The notes beneath the pieces were generated by a model. The model did not search any database and was not told where the DNA came from. It saw only the letters and a list, made by a program, of their open reading frames with translations. Positions 18,942-26,781 of a stretch of 43,423 nucleotides of DNA are shown here, piece by piece. Origin of the DNA: an uncultured Mycoplasmatota bacterium (GTDB lineage: Bacteria > Bacillota_I > Bacilli_A > RF39 > UBA660); NCBI GenBank assembly GCA_947569245.1, contig CANORV010000002.1, forward strand, positions 1 through 43,423, written 5' to 3'. Position 1 is the first letter of the stretch, and the number at the start of each line of letters is the position of its first letter. Made by a program: the position numbers and the translations under genes.

Positions 18942-20193
18942 AGGTATTCTGCAAAGTAATGTTGTAACCTAAATTAGTTAAATAAGAAATCATTTCTTCA
19001 GGAGTATTTTGAATATTTTTATGAGACTTAAAATTTCTATACATAAGATTTTCAAATTTTTGATAATCAAAAACTTCACCAGTAAGTAAAATATGATAAA
19101 TACTTGTAAGTAATAATCTTGCAATAGCAATAATAGCTTTCTTGTGACCGCGTCTTCTTTTTAAAGACTCATATCTAGCTTTAATATAAGGACAAGATTT
19201 ATCTTTAATGGCACATAAAGCACATTGAACAAGCAAAGGTTTAATATAAATTCCTGCTTTGGTAATTCTAACAGATTTCTTTTTCTTAGCAGATTCATTA
19301 CATCTAGGAGTAAGACTGGCCCAAGAACAAAGATGTTTATCATCAACAAAAGTATTCATATTTGTACCAATTTCTGCTATAATAAATATCGCTGATATTT
19401 CTTTTATACCAGGAACTGTTAAAAGAAGATTAATTTCAGTTGAATATTGAATTGCAAGTTTTAAAATTTGCTCTTCTAATTCATCGATGCATTTATTAAT
19501 TGAATCATAATGTTTTAGAATAATATTCATTTTTGATGATTGAGATTCATCAAAATTACTATTGATAGATTTCAAAATCTCTTCAGGTGATGATTTCAAA
19601 TGACCATGCATTAATGGTGTAATATCTTTTAGAGTTAAATTTGGACTAGAAAGCATTAACTTTAGGATTGATTGAGATGTTTTGCCGAAAACATCACTTA
19701 CAACATTAGCAATTTGAACATTAGACATAGTAAGAGAATTTTGAAATCTATTTTTTTCTGAAGAACGAGCGTTGATTAGCTTATTTCTATACCGCATCAA
19801 ATCTCTCAATTGTCTAATATCTGCTGGTGGCATAAACGAAGGTTCAACTAAGCCATGCTTAAACATATCTGCAATCCAAATAGAATCTTTCTTGTCAGTT
19901 TTCTTTCCTGGTATTGATCTAACATATTTAGGATGAGTAATAATGCATTTGCATTTTTCTTCTAAAATATTAAAAACTGGAATCCAATACTTACCAGTAG
20001 ATTCCATACAGACATCTAAAGTGTCATTAGAAACTAACCAATCACGGCATTTTATCAATTCTTCAGTAAAAGTATTAAAAGATTTAGTTTGGTAATCAGT
20101 AATATCATGTTCGTTAGTTTTAGCAATAGTTACAACAATAATCTTTTTATGAACATCAATACCTGCACAATTTCTGTTAACAATCTTTAACAT
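18940..20193 (-). CDS. IS110-family transposase (DEDD/RuvC-like N-domain plus Tnp C-domain)
   Basis: Motifs CAGIDVHKK, MESTGKYW and KTDKKDSIWIA, with the C-terminal segment SVRITKAGIYIKPLLVQCA. The ATG at 20193 is preferred (GAAAGGAA 8 nt upstream), because the listed longer start has no RBS. Confidence 0.88.
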   Translation of the reverse strand: MLKIVNRNCAGIDVHKKIIVVTIAKTNEHDITDYQTKSFNTFTEELIKCRDWLVSNDTLDVCMESTGKYWIPVFNILEEKCKCIITHPKYVRSIPGKKTDKKDSIWIADMFKHGLVEPSFMPPADIRQLRDLMRYRNKLINARSSEKNRFQNSLTMSNVQIANVVSDVFGKTSQSILKLMLSSPNLTLKDITPLMHGHLKSSPEEILKSINSNFDESQSSKMNIILKHYDSINKCIDELEEQILKLAIQYSTEINLLLTVPGIKEISAIFIIAEIGTNMNTFVDDKHLCSWASLTPRCNESAKKKKSVRITKAGIYIKPLLVQCALCAIKDKSCPYIKARYESLKRRRGHKKAIIAIARLLLTSIYHILLTGEVFDYQKFENLMYRNFKSHKNIQNTPEEMISYLTNLGYNITLQNT

Positions 20194-20425
20194 AAACATT
20201 TTCCTTTCTAAAAATATTTTGTTAAAGGGCTTTGACTGAAAATTCTCAACTAGAAAATAACAAGAAATGGTTTTCACATAGATAAGGTTCCGTGCTCAAA
20301 AAGGCAACACTCATTTGTACACCGAGAATAATCGACACATATAATTATACGGGTTTAAAGTTATACTTTAACACCACTCACCTTGCCGTGCTCTGTAGTA
20401 TGCCCAATAACAGTTTACTATTATA
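20194..20425 (-). ncRNA. Candidate IS110 bridge (guide) RNA / structured 5' leader
   Basis: ORF-free stretch between a TATAAT box (minus strand, 20420-20425) and the transposase ATG. It is visibly GC-richer than the flanks. The octamer CCGTGCTC occurs twice (20290-20297 and 20386-20393), and there is a small hairpin at 20355-20371. Confidence 0.35.
20406..20422. repeat. 17-bp inverted repeat, arm 2
   Basis: Exact reverse complement of 18925-18941. It abuts the minus-strand TATAAT box. Confidence 0.9.
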
Positions 20426-20524
20426 CAATAGATAATAAGTGTTGGAAATTTAATTATTATTTTTCAACTCAATTTGTGCCTTTCAGAGGACTGAAAGGAC
20501 GAAAGAAAGGAATGTTAGTTAATT

Positions 20525-20752
20525 ATGACAAAAGAAAAAGAACTTAGTTTTGAGGAAAACTTACAAAAATTAGAGGAAATTGTGAAAAAATTAGAATCAG
20601 GAAATGTTCCTCTTGATAATGCAATTGATGCATTTAAAGATGCTATGAGATTATCTAAAATATGTGATGACACATTGAAAAATGCTGAAGAAAATGTTAA
20701 TAAAATTTTAAATAGTAATGATGAGCTTTCTGACTTTACTGTGCAAGAGTAA
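20525..20752 (+). CDS. xseB: Exodeoxyribonuclease VII small subunit
   Basis: 75 aa with LSFEENLQKLEEIVKKLESGNVPLDNAIDAFKDAMRL, typical of XseB. RBS AAAGGAA upstream. Confidence 0.9.
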   Translation: MTKEKELSFEENLQKLEEIVKKLESGNVPLDNAIDAFKDAMRLSKICDDTLKNAEENVNKILNSNDELSDFTVQE

Positions 20753-20839
20753 AGTTTATTTTGGTAAGTATTTCATCCTATAAAAACTATTAAAAAAGTT
20801 ATAATACTAATGTAGTTTATTTTGTAGGAGTTAGATATT

Positions 20840-21835
20840 ATGAAATTAAAAAAAAGAATTTTATTTAATTTAATTCTTGTTGTAATGTTGTTATTGATTC
20901 CACTTAACACTTTTGCTTATAGTAAGTATTTAATTCCTGGAGGGGAAAATATTGGAATCCAAGTTAATAATAAATATATTACTGTTGTTGGATTTTATGA
21001 AGTTGATAATAAATATATTGCTAAGGATGCAGGATTTAATGTTGGTGATAAAATACTAAAGATAAATGATCAAGATATTCAGTCGATGAATGATATGGTG
21101 AGTAGTATAAATGATAGTATGAATCGCTCAGCTTTAGATGTTTTAGTATTAAGGAAAAATAAAAAATATAATATTAATTTAAATATTTTTAAGGATAATG
21201 ATGGTGTTATTAAAACTGGACTTTACGTTAAAAACCAAATCAGTGGTATTGGTACGCTTACTTATATTGATCCTAGCACTAATAAGTTTGGAGCTTTAGG
21301 ACATGAAATTGTTGAAAAGGCTACATTAGAAAAAGTTGAAATTAAAAATGGTACAATTTTTAAATCTGATATTACAGGAATAAATAAGAGTGTTGATGGT
21401 ACACCTGGTGAAAAAAATGCAAAATTTTATAGTGATGATGTTTATGGAAATATTACTTTAAATAAACATTCAGGTATATATGGTATTTATAGTGGTAAAT
21501 TACCGAATAGGAACGCTATTGAAGTGATGGACGAAGAAGATGTTCAAGTAGGTAAGGCTACAATTAGAACAGTGATAAAAGATGATACTGTTGAAGAATT
21601 TGAAATAAAAATACTAGAACTTGATTACTCTAGTGATACTAAAAATATTTTGTTTGAAATAGTCGATGAGAGACTACTTGATTATACTGGAGGAGTTGTT
21701 GCTGGTATGAGTGGTAGTCCGATTATTCAAAATAATAAAATTGTTGGGGCCGTTAATTATGTTGTTGTAAATAAAGTTAATAAGGGATATGGAATCTTTA
21801 TTACTAATATGTTAGATGGAAATGAAGAGGATTAA
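20840..21835 (+). CDS. spoIVB: SpoIVB peptidase (S55 sporulation signalling serine protease)
   Basis: Signal anchor, PDZ segment (GDKILKINDQDI), catalytic His context GTLTYIDPSTNKFGALGH and catalytic Ser context GMSGSPII. Confidence 0.85.
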   Translation: MKLKKRILFNLILVVMLLLIPLNTFAYSKYLIPGGENIGIQVNNKYITVVGFYEVDNKYIAKDAGFNVGDKILKINDQDIQSMNDMVSSINDSMNRSALDVLVLRKNKKYNINLNIFKDNDGVIKTGLYVKNQISGIGTLTYIDPSTNKFGALGHEIVEKATLEKVEIKNGTIFKSDITGINKSVDGTPGEKNAKFYSDDVYGNITLNKHSGIYGIYSGKLPNRNAIEVMDEEDVQVGKATIRTVIKDDTVEEFEIKILELDYSSDTKNILFEIVDERLLDYTGGVVAGMSGSPIIQNNKIVGAVNYVVVNKVNKGYGIFITNMLDGNEED

Positions 21836-22029
21836 AAATCTTCTTTATTTCATTTTTAAAATTTTATTTTATTGTCTAAATTGCTTGATTACAAATTATA
21901 ATATTAAATAATTTTGTATACAAGTATTAAAATATAGTATTGGTGATTATTTTTTGGTAAATGTAATAGTTCTTTACATATTTTGTTAATTATGCTATCA
22001 TTTTATTATGATATAGGAGGAGTTATTAT

Positions 22030-22440
22030 ATGGATAAAAATATGAATGATTTAGACAATCGTCAGTCTTTGGAAGAAAATGACAGCCAAGTAATTACTGA
22101 TGTTAATGCTAATACTAATACTACTACTAATCCTGAAGTTAAGGTTGTAGTTGTTAATGAACCTAGAAAAAAGAAAAAGAGATTTAATATATTCAAGTTT
22201 TTAGTTGATGTTGTTTTATTTTTACTATTTGCTATAATTATAGCTTCAGCTATTTTAGGTTTTTTAAATACTCAAAATATTAGTGAAGGAAAAGAACCTG
22301 TTTGGTGTTTAAAACAAGATGTACAAGAACGTAATAATGAGATTAAAACGACTTGTGATTTGGGAGTTTTTAGAATTGTTAAAGTTGAAGACTCTAAAGA
22401 AACAGTGATCTCATTTAAACCTTTCTTTTTAGCTGATTAG
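22030..22440 (+). CDS. Hypothetical bitopic membrane protein
   Basis: Strong RBS AGGAGGAG. Asn/Thr-rich N-terminus, basic patch, one TM helix and a small C-terminal domain with two Cys. Confidence 0.55.
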   Translation: MDKNMNDLDNRQSLEENDSQVITDVNANTNTTTNPEVKVVVVNEPRKKKKRFNIFKFLVDVVLFLLFAIIIASAILGFLNTQNISEGKEPVWCLKQDVQERNNEIKTTCDLGVFRIVKVEDSKETVISFKPFFLAD

Positions 22441-22458
22441 TTAAAAATTTTTGTAAGT

Positions 22459-22491
22459 AAAAACGTATTCATATTTTTGAATACGTTTTTA
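22459..22491. terminator. Bidirectional rho-independent terminator
   Basis: Perfect stem AAAACGTATTC / GAATACGTTTT with A/T runs on both sides. It is shared by the convergent 136-aa and 31-aa genes. Confidence 0.8.
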
Positions 22492-22584
22492 TATGAAAAA
22501 GTAACCAACTATACTTGCTACAAAAGCTAATATCATAATAAGTAGAAAAAATATAGAAAATATTTTTGTTGCTTTTTTGTTCAT
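22489..22584 (-). CDS. Small hydrophobic membrane peptide, 31 aa (MNKKATKIFSIFFLLIMILAFVASIVGYFFI), not in the ORF track
   Basis: Hand translation of the minus strand. RBS AAGAGGTG lies 6 nt before the ATG, a consensus promoter lies upstream, and the TAA stop abuts the terminator. Confidence 0.6.
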   Translation of the reverse strand: MNKKATKIFSIFFLLIMILAFVASIVGYFFI

Positions 22585-22602
22585 ATTTAACACCTCTTTA
22601 TA

Positions 22603-22631
22603 ATTATATAAAATATTGATTCGTTTGTAAA
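22603..22631 (-). promoter_or_regulatory. sigma-A type promoter for the 31-aa peptide gene
   Basis: On the minus strand: TTTACA (22626-22631), 17-nt spacer, TATAAT (22603-22608). Confidence 0.6.
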
Positions 22632-22691
22632 TATATCTTTTTTTGTTATAAAATTTTATCTTTTCGCATACAGTTTAATGGGTGATAATTT

Positions 22692-23315
22692 ATGCAAAAG
22701 TTTAAAAGATATAAGGACAACCTTTATAAGCAAAAAAGACGTTATTTATTTTTATTATTAATTTCTTTAATTGGTATGTTTATTGGAATAATTTACTTTT
22801 TTTACTTGTCTAAAGCAAATAAGGAAATAGTCTTTGAACAATTACGTAATGTGTTTAAGATGATTGAAGAAAACACAATTGATTATAATAGTTCTTTATT
22901 TAATGGAATTTGTTCTAATTTAATTACTTGTTTTTTGGTATGGGTTTTGGGTGTTTCAATTGTTGGAATTCCATTTATTTTGCTGTTTTTGTTCTATAAA
23001 GCTTTTGTAATAGGTTTATCTATTTCATCTATTATTTCATGCTATGGAATAAAAGGAATTTTTGGTGCTATTTTATATATTTTTCCTCATAAAATTTTAT
23101 TTCTTGTTGTTGATATATTACTTGTATTTTATGCAGTTGGTTTTTCTGTTAAATTAATTAAATATTTGTTTTTTAAGATAAATATTAATTTTAAGGATGT
23201 CTTTCATAAATATTTAAAAATATTAGGTATTTCGTGTTTTTCTTTGATTTTTCTTTCTATTTATGAATGTTATATTGCAACTTTTATTTTAAAGTTATTT
23301 ACTTTTTTAATTTAA
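22692..23315 (+). CDS. spoIIM: Stage II sporulation protein M (SpoIIM family membrane protein)
   Basis: About 207 aa with 5 TM segments. The N-terminal segment YLFLLLISLIGMFIGIIYF and the overall layout are typical of SpoIIM. Confidence 0.65.
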   Translation: MQKFKRYKDNLYKQKRRYLFLLLISLIGMFIGIIYFFYLSKANKEIVFEQLRNVFKMIEENTIDYNSSLFNGICSNLITCFLVWVLGVSIVGIPFILLFLFYKAFVIGLSISSIISCYGIKGIFGAILYIFPHKILFLVVDILLVFYAVGFSVKLIKYLFFKININFKDVFHKYLKILGISCFSLIFLSIYECYIATFILKLFTFLI

Positions 23316-23414
23316 AATACTACTCATTATATTTTTGTTATTTTTATTTTTTAATATCACTTTAATTTTTTTTAATAATATGGTAGAATTGTCAGTAGTA
23401 GAGGTTGATTAAAA

Positions 23415-24521
23415 ATGAAAAAAGTTATTGTTGGTATGTCAGGTGGAGTCGATAGCAGTGTTGCAGCCATTATTTTAATGAATCAAGGTTACCAAGTTGA
23501 AGGTTTATTTATGCGTAATTGGGATGCTATGGTTAATGGTGATGTGCTTGGTAATCCTAGTCTGAATAATAGTATTTGTCCACAGGAAGAAGATTATAAT
23601 GATGCTCTTGCAGTTTGTCAAAAACTTGGGATAAAGCTTCACAGGATTGATTTTGTAAAGGAATACTGGGATAATGTTTTCGTTTATTTTTTGGATGAGT
23701 TGAAGAAAGGAAGAACTCCAAATCCTGATATTATGTGTAATAAATATATAAAGTTTGATTATTTTATTCGAGAAGCAAAAAAACTTGGTGCTGATTATAT
23801 TGCAACTGGGCATTATGCTAGAATTATAGATGGCCAGTTGTCTAGAAGTATTGATAAGAATAAAGATCAAACATATTTCTTATCACAACTTACTAAGGAG
23901 CAGCTTAAAAATGTATTATTTCCAATTGGAGATCTTGAAAAGTCTGAGGTTCGAAAAATAGCTTCGGAGTATGGATTAATTACAGCAAAAAAGAAAGATT
24001 CTACAGGAATCTGCTTTATTGGTGAGAGAAACTTTAAAAATTTCCTTAAGAATTATTTACCTAATAAAAATGGAGATATTATTGATATTAGTTCTATGAA
24101 GAAGGTTGGAACTCATATTGGTCTTATGTATTATACAATAGGGCAGAGAAGAGGACTTGATATTGGTGGTACTAGAGATAGAATGTTTGTTGTTGGAAAA
24201 AATTTAAAGGATAATATTTTGTATGTTGCTGAAGGTGAAGATAATAAGTTTTTAATTTCTGATAGTTGTTTTTTAGAAATGGTTAATTTTAATACTGATT
24301 TAAGGCCTAATAAATTAACGGCTAAATTTAGATATCGTCAAGATGATTATCCAGTCACTTTGGAATATTTAGATAATGGGGAAATTAAAGTTAATTACAA
24401 TAATATAAAATCTGTTACTCCAGGACAAGCTTGTGTATTTTATTTAGGTAGTAAGTGTATTGGGGGAGGTATTGTTAGAGAGGTCTGTAAAGATAATAAA
24501 AAAATTTGGTATTTATTGTAA
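23415..24521 (+). CDS. mnmA: tRNA 2-thiouridine(34) synthase MnmA
   Basis: PP-loop VGMSGGVDSSVAA, TPNPDIMCNKYIKF, ATGHYAR, KDQTYFL and GICFIGE. Confidence 0.95.
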   Translation: MKKVIVGMSGGVDSSVAAIILMNQGYQVEGLFMRNWDAMVNGDVLGNPSLNNSICPQEEDYNDALAVCQKLGIKLHRIDFVKEYWDNVFVYFLDELKKGRTPNPDIMCNKYIKFDYFIREAKKLGADYIATGHYARIIDGQLSRSIDKNKDQTYFLSQLTKEQLKNVLFPIGDLEKSEVRKIASEYGLITAKKKDSTGICFIGERNFKNFLKNYLPNKNGDIIDISSMKKVGTHIGLMYYTIGQRRGLDIGGTRDRMFVVGKNLKDNILYVAEGEDNKFLISDSCFLEMVNFNTDLRPNKLTAKFRYRQDDYPVTLEYLDNGEIKVNYNNIKSVTPGQACVFYLGSKCIGGGIVREVCKDNKKIWYLL

Positions 24522-24593
24522 AGTAATTGTACAAGTTTACACTTGATTTTTTCTAGGAAAATGGTACAATGATATTAGGGAGGTATTTAACAA

Positions 24594-25361
24594 ATGGAAA
24601 AATTAAACAAAGTGTTAACAGAACTTGGTGTGTCAAAGGTACGATTGGCAAAATACCTTGGTGTTTCAAGACAAATGTTATATAATTATTTAGGTCAAGA
24701 TACATTTGCTAGTTGGCCAAAAGAAAAATCAATGAAGGTTATGTGTTTATTAGGAATAAAAGACGCAAAAGAACTTGATGATATTAAAATTACTGGTGAA
24801 TATATAATTGAGGTTGAAAATCGTTTAAATGAGGGTGTTAAGGACATTACTAGTAAAGAGGTTCTTGCTGATTTAAAGGGATTCAATAAGAAAGAACAAG
24901 AATTATTATCAGATATTATTAATTTGTTAAAGGAAAAATTATCCGAGGACAAGACAAAAGATGCTTATAATAGTTTTAGATATTTATATCATTTTTTACA
25001 ATCGATGGAGAATACTAAAGAGTTAAAATATATACTTGCTTATATGTCTAAATCAATGGGATTTATTGAACCTAATGAATTCGTTTTTAATGAAAACCAA
25101 CAATTTTATTTTGAAAGTATATTGTTTTCAGCTATGACTTTATATAATAATGGTGGTGCATCAAAGGCTAAAATTGCTGATACTCATAAAAGGTTTGTTC
25201 AGGAAATTGAACATAAAAAAGAGGAGAGGCTTAGCCGTACTCAGGAGTTAAATACTGCAAAAGTTCAGGCTTTAAGGGAACTTGGTTATTCAGAAATTAA
25301 TAATGAAAATGCAAAAGAGGTACTTGATAAAATAGCTGAAATTCAATCTAGAAAGGTTTAG
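24594..25361 (+). CDS. Helix-turn-helix (XRE-like) DNA-binding protein with an uncharacterised helical C-terminal domain
   Basis: The N-terminal segment LNKVLTELGVSKVRLAKYLGVSRQMLYNYL is a classic HTH. RBS GGGAGG upstream. The remaining ~190 aa have no motif I recognise. Confidence 0.6.
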   Translation: MEKLNKVLTELGVSKVRLAKYLGVSRQMLYNYLGQDTFASWPKEKSMKVMCLLGIKDAKELDDIKITGEYIIEVENRLNEGVKDITSKEVLADLKGFNKKEQELLSDIINLLKEKLSEDKTKDAYNSFRYLYHFLQSMENTKELKYILAYMSKSMGFIEPNEFVFNENQQFYFESILFSAMTLYNNGGASKAKIADTHKRFVQEIEHKKEERLSRTQELNTAKVQALRELGYSEINNENAKEVLDKIAEIQSRKV

Positions 25362-25368
25362 TTTAATT

Positions 25369-25860
25369 ATGGATAGTAATAGAAATAAAGTAATAATAAT
25401 TCCAAAAGAGAGAGACGGAAATTTTCCTGTTTTTTCAGCATCTATTAGAGATAAATCAAGTGATAATTTTTATGGTAATCATATTGATGCTATTAGAAAA
25501 TATATGATGGATAATTGTATTCCAATCTCTAATGATAGATATATTGATCTTACTAGGGTATTATTAACTGGTGCAGTTATATTTGAGTTTTCTGTTTTTG
25601 ATTTTATTTCTATTCCTTTCACATTGGATGATAGACAGCATGATTTATTGTTATCTTACTTAAATGATGATGATTCCTTAAAAAGCTCTAGTATTGCTGT
25701 TCATGAAATAAATAAGACTGGAGATGAACATTCTTTAAGTAGATATTCAGTTGAATTAGAAAGTGAAATGGAATATTTAAATACTGTGGTTGATAGAAAA
25801 TGGTTTGCTTATAAAGTGAATCAAGTAACAAAGAGGGTTACTAATAAAACATCAAAATAA
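25369..25860 (+). CDS. Hypothetical protein (163 aa), apparently co-transcribed with the HTH gene
   Basis: It starts 8 nt after the HTH stop. The RBS is weak and no family motif is recognised. Confidence 0.45.
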   Translation: MDSNRNKVIIIPKERDGNFPVFSASIRDKSSDNFYGNHIDAIRKYMMDNCIPISNDRYIDLTRVLLTGAVIFEFSVFDFISIPFTLDDRQHDLLLSYLNDDDSLKSSSIAVHEINKTGDEHSLSRYSVELESEMEYLNTVVDRKWFAYKVNQVTKRVTNKTSK

Positions 25861-25904
25861 ATTTTTAGATGTATAATTACTAATATTAATAAAAAAAATG
25901 TAGA

Positions 25905-25932
25905 AGTTAACATAACATCAATTATACGAAGT
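25905..25932 (-). other. dif: Candidate chromosome dimer resolution site dif (XerC/XerD target)
   Basis: The minus strand reads ACTTCGTATAA-TTGATG-TTATGTTAACT (11-6-11). As I recall it, B. subtilis dif is ACTTCCTAGAA-TATATA-TTATGTAAACT, which gives arm matches of 9/11 and 10/11. The site sits in a 400-bp gene-free spacer next to the coding-strand switch. Confidence 0.7.
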
Positions 25933-26264
25933 TAAAAGTATAATGCTTTTTTAACAATAAATGCAGATTTATTATAACTTTATAAAAACCATTATTAATG
26001 ATTACTAGATATACACATAGGCAAAAATTATATATTTTTATAAAGTCACTCTTTATTTGATTTAAAATTAATTTACTTAATAATAGTACTATATCGTTTA
26101 AAAACTCTTTCATAATTAGAACTAAAAACAAACTTAGTTAAATCTAATTCAATTTCAATGGATGATAAAAAATTTATGTTCATCAATATGATAATGATAC
26201 ATCGACTATATATTTGAAAGAACAAATATTAAAGAAGCATATACAAAAAATAAAGGAGTAAAGA

Positions 26265-26759
26265 ATGATTAAAGTAATCAAAGAACTTATAAATGAAATA
26301 ATTAAATTCTTAGCAAAATTATTAAATGCACAAGATGAAAACAATAAACAAGAAACAAAACAAGAAAATTTATATAAAGCAAAAAATTTAATGACAAAAA
26401 ATGAATTAGTATTTTATAATAAATTAAAAGAACTAGAATATGAATATAAAATAGTTCCACAGTTAAATCTAGGAACAGTTATTCAAAAGACAACAAAAGG
26501 ATACAGAAATGAACTTTTCAAAAATATAGACTTTGCTATATTTAGCAATGATTTTAGTAAGTTGCTACTATTAGTAGAATTGAATGATAGTACACATAAG
26601 CAATCAAAAAGAAGAAAAAGAGATAAAAGAGTAAAAGAGATATGTAGTAAAGCTAACATAAAATTGATAACATTTTATACAACGTATCCAAATGAAAAAG
26701 AATATGTTGTTAATAGAATAAAACAAGAAATAAAAAAAGAAAAGGAGCCTATTATTTAG
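26265..26759 (+). CDS. DUF2726-like (restriction-endonuclease-like fold) protein
   Basis: The pattern TKNELVFYNKL ... VPQLNL ... IDFAIF ... LLVELNDSTH ... RDKRVKEICSKANIKLITF fits the DUF2726/NERD-like layout. RBS AAGGAG upstream. Confidence 0.55.
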   Translation: MIKVIKELINEIIKFLAKLLNAQDENNKQETKQENLYKAKNLMTKNELVFYNKLKELEYEYKIVPQLNLGTVIQKTTKGYRNELFKNIDFAIFSNDFSKLLLLVELNDSTHKQSKRRKRDKRVKEICSKANIKLITFYTTYPNEKEYVVNRIKQEIKKEKEPII

Positions 26760-26781
26760 ACTCTTTTAAGTTAAAAGAAAC

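Larger units (their letters stand above)
18890..20442 (-). mobile_element. IS110-family insertion sequence (ends approximate)
   Basis: Contains a DEDD-type IS110 transposase ORF and a long non-coding 5' leader. A 17-bp perfect inverted repeat lies at 18925-18941 / 20406-20422. It interrupts the normally adjacent xseA/xseB pair. Exact termini cannot be fixed without an empty-site comparison. Confidence 0.7.

Noticed and set aside
25921-25933. 12-nt match (TATACGAAGTTA) to the right arm of phage P1 loxP
   Set aside because: Only one arm is present, with no matching inverted left arm or 8-bp loxP spacer. The match is better explained as the XerC-binding arm of a dif site, because tyrosine-recombinase core sites resemble each other.
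25922-26131. Minus-strand 69-aa ORF in the dif-containing spacer
   Set aside because: It has no RBS and a hydrophobic low-complexity product, overlaps the dif candidate, and sits in an AT-rich region where random ORFs of this size are expected.
26161-26200. Second occurrence of CATCAA next to TTTATGTT (a possible inverted dif-like site)
   Set aside because: When aligned on the hexamer, the flanking 11-mers match the dif arms poorly. When aligned on the TTATGTT arm, the central region would be only 5 nt. This is most likely chance.
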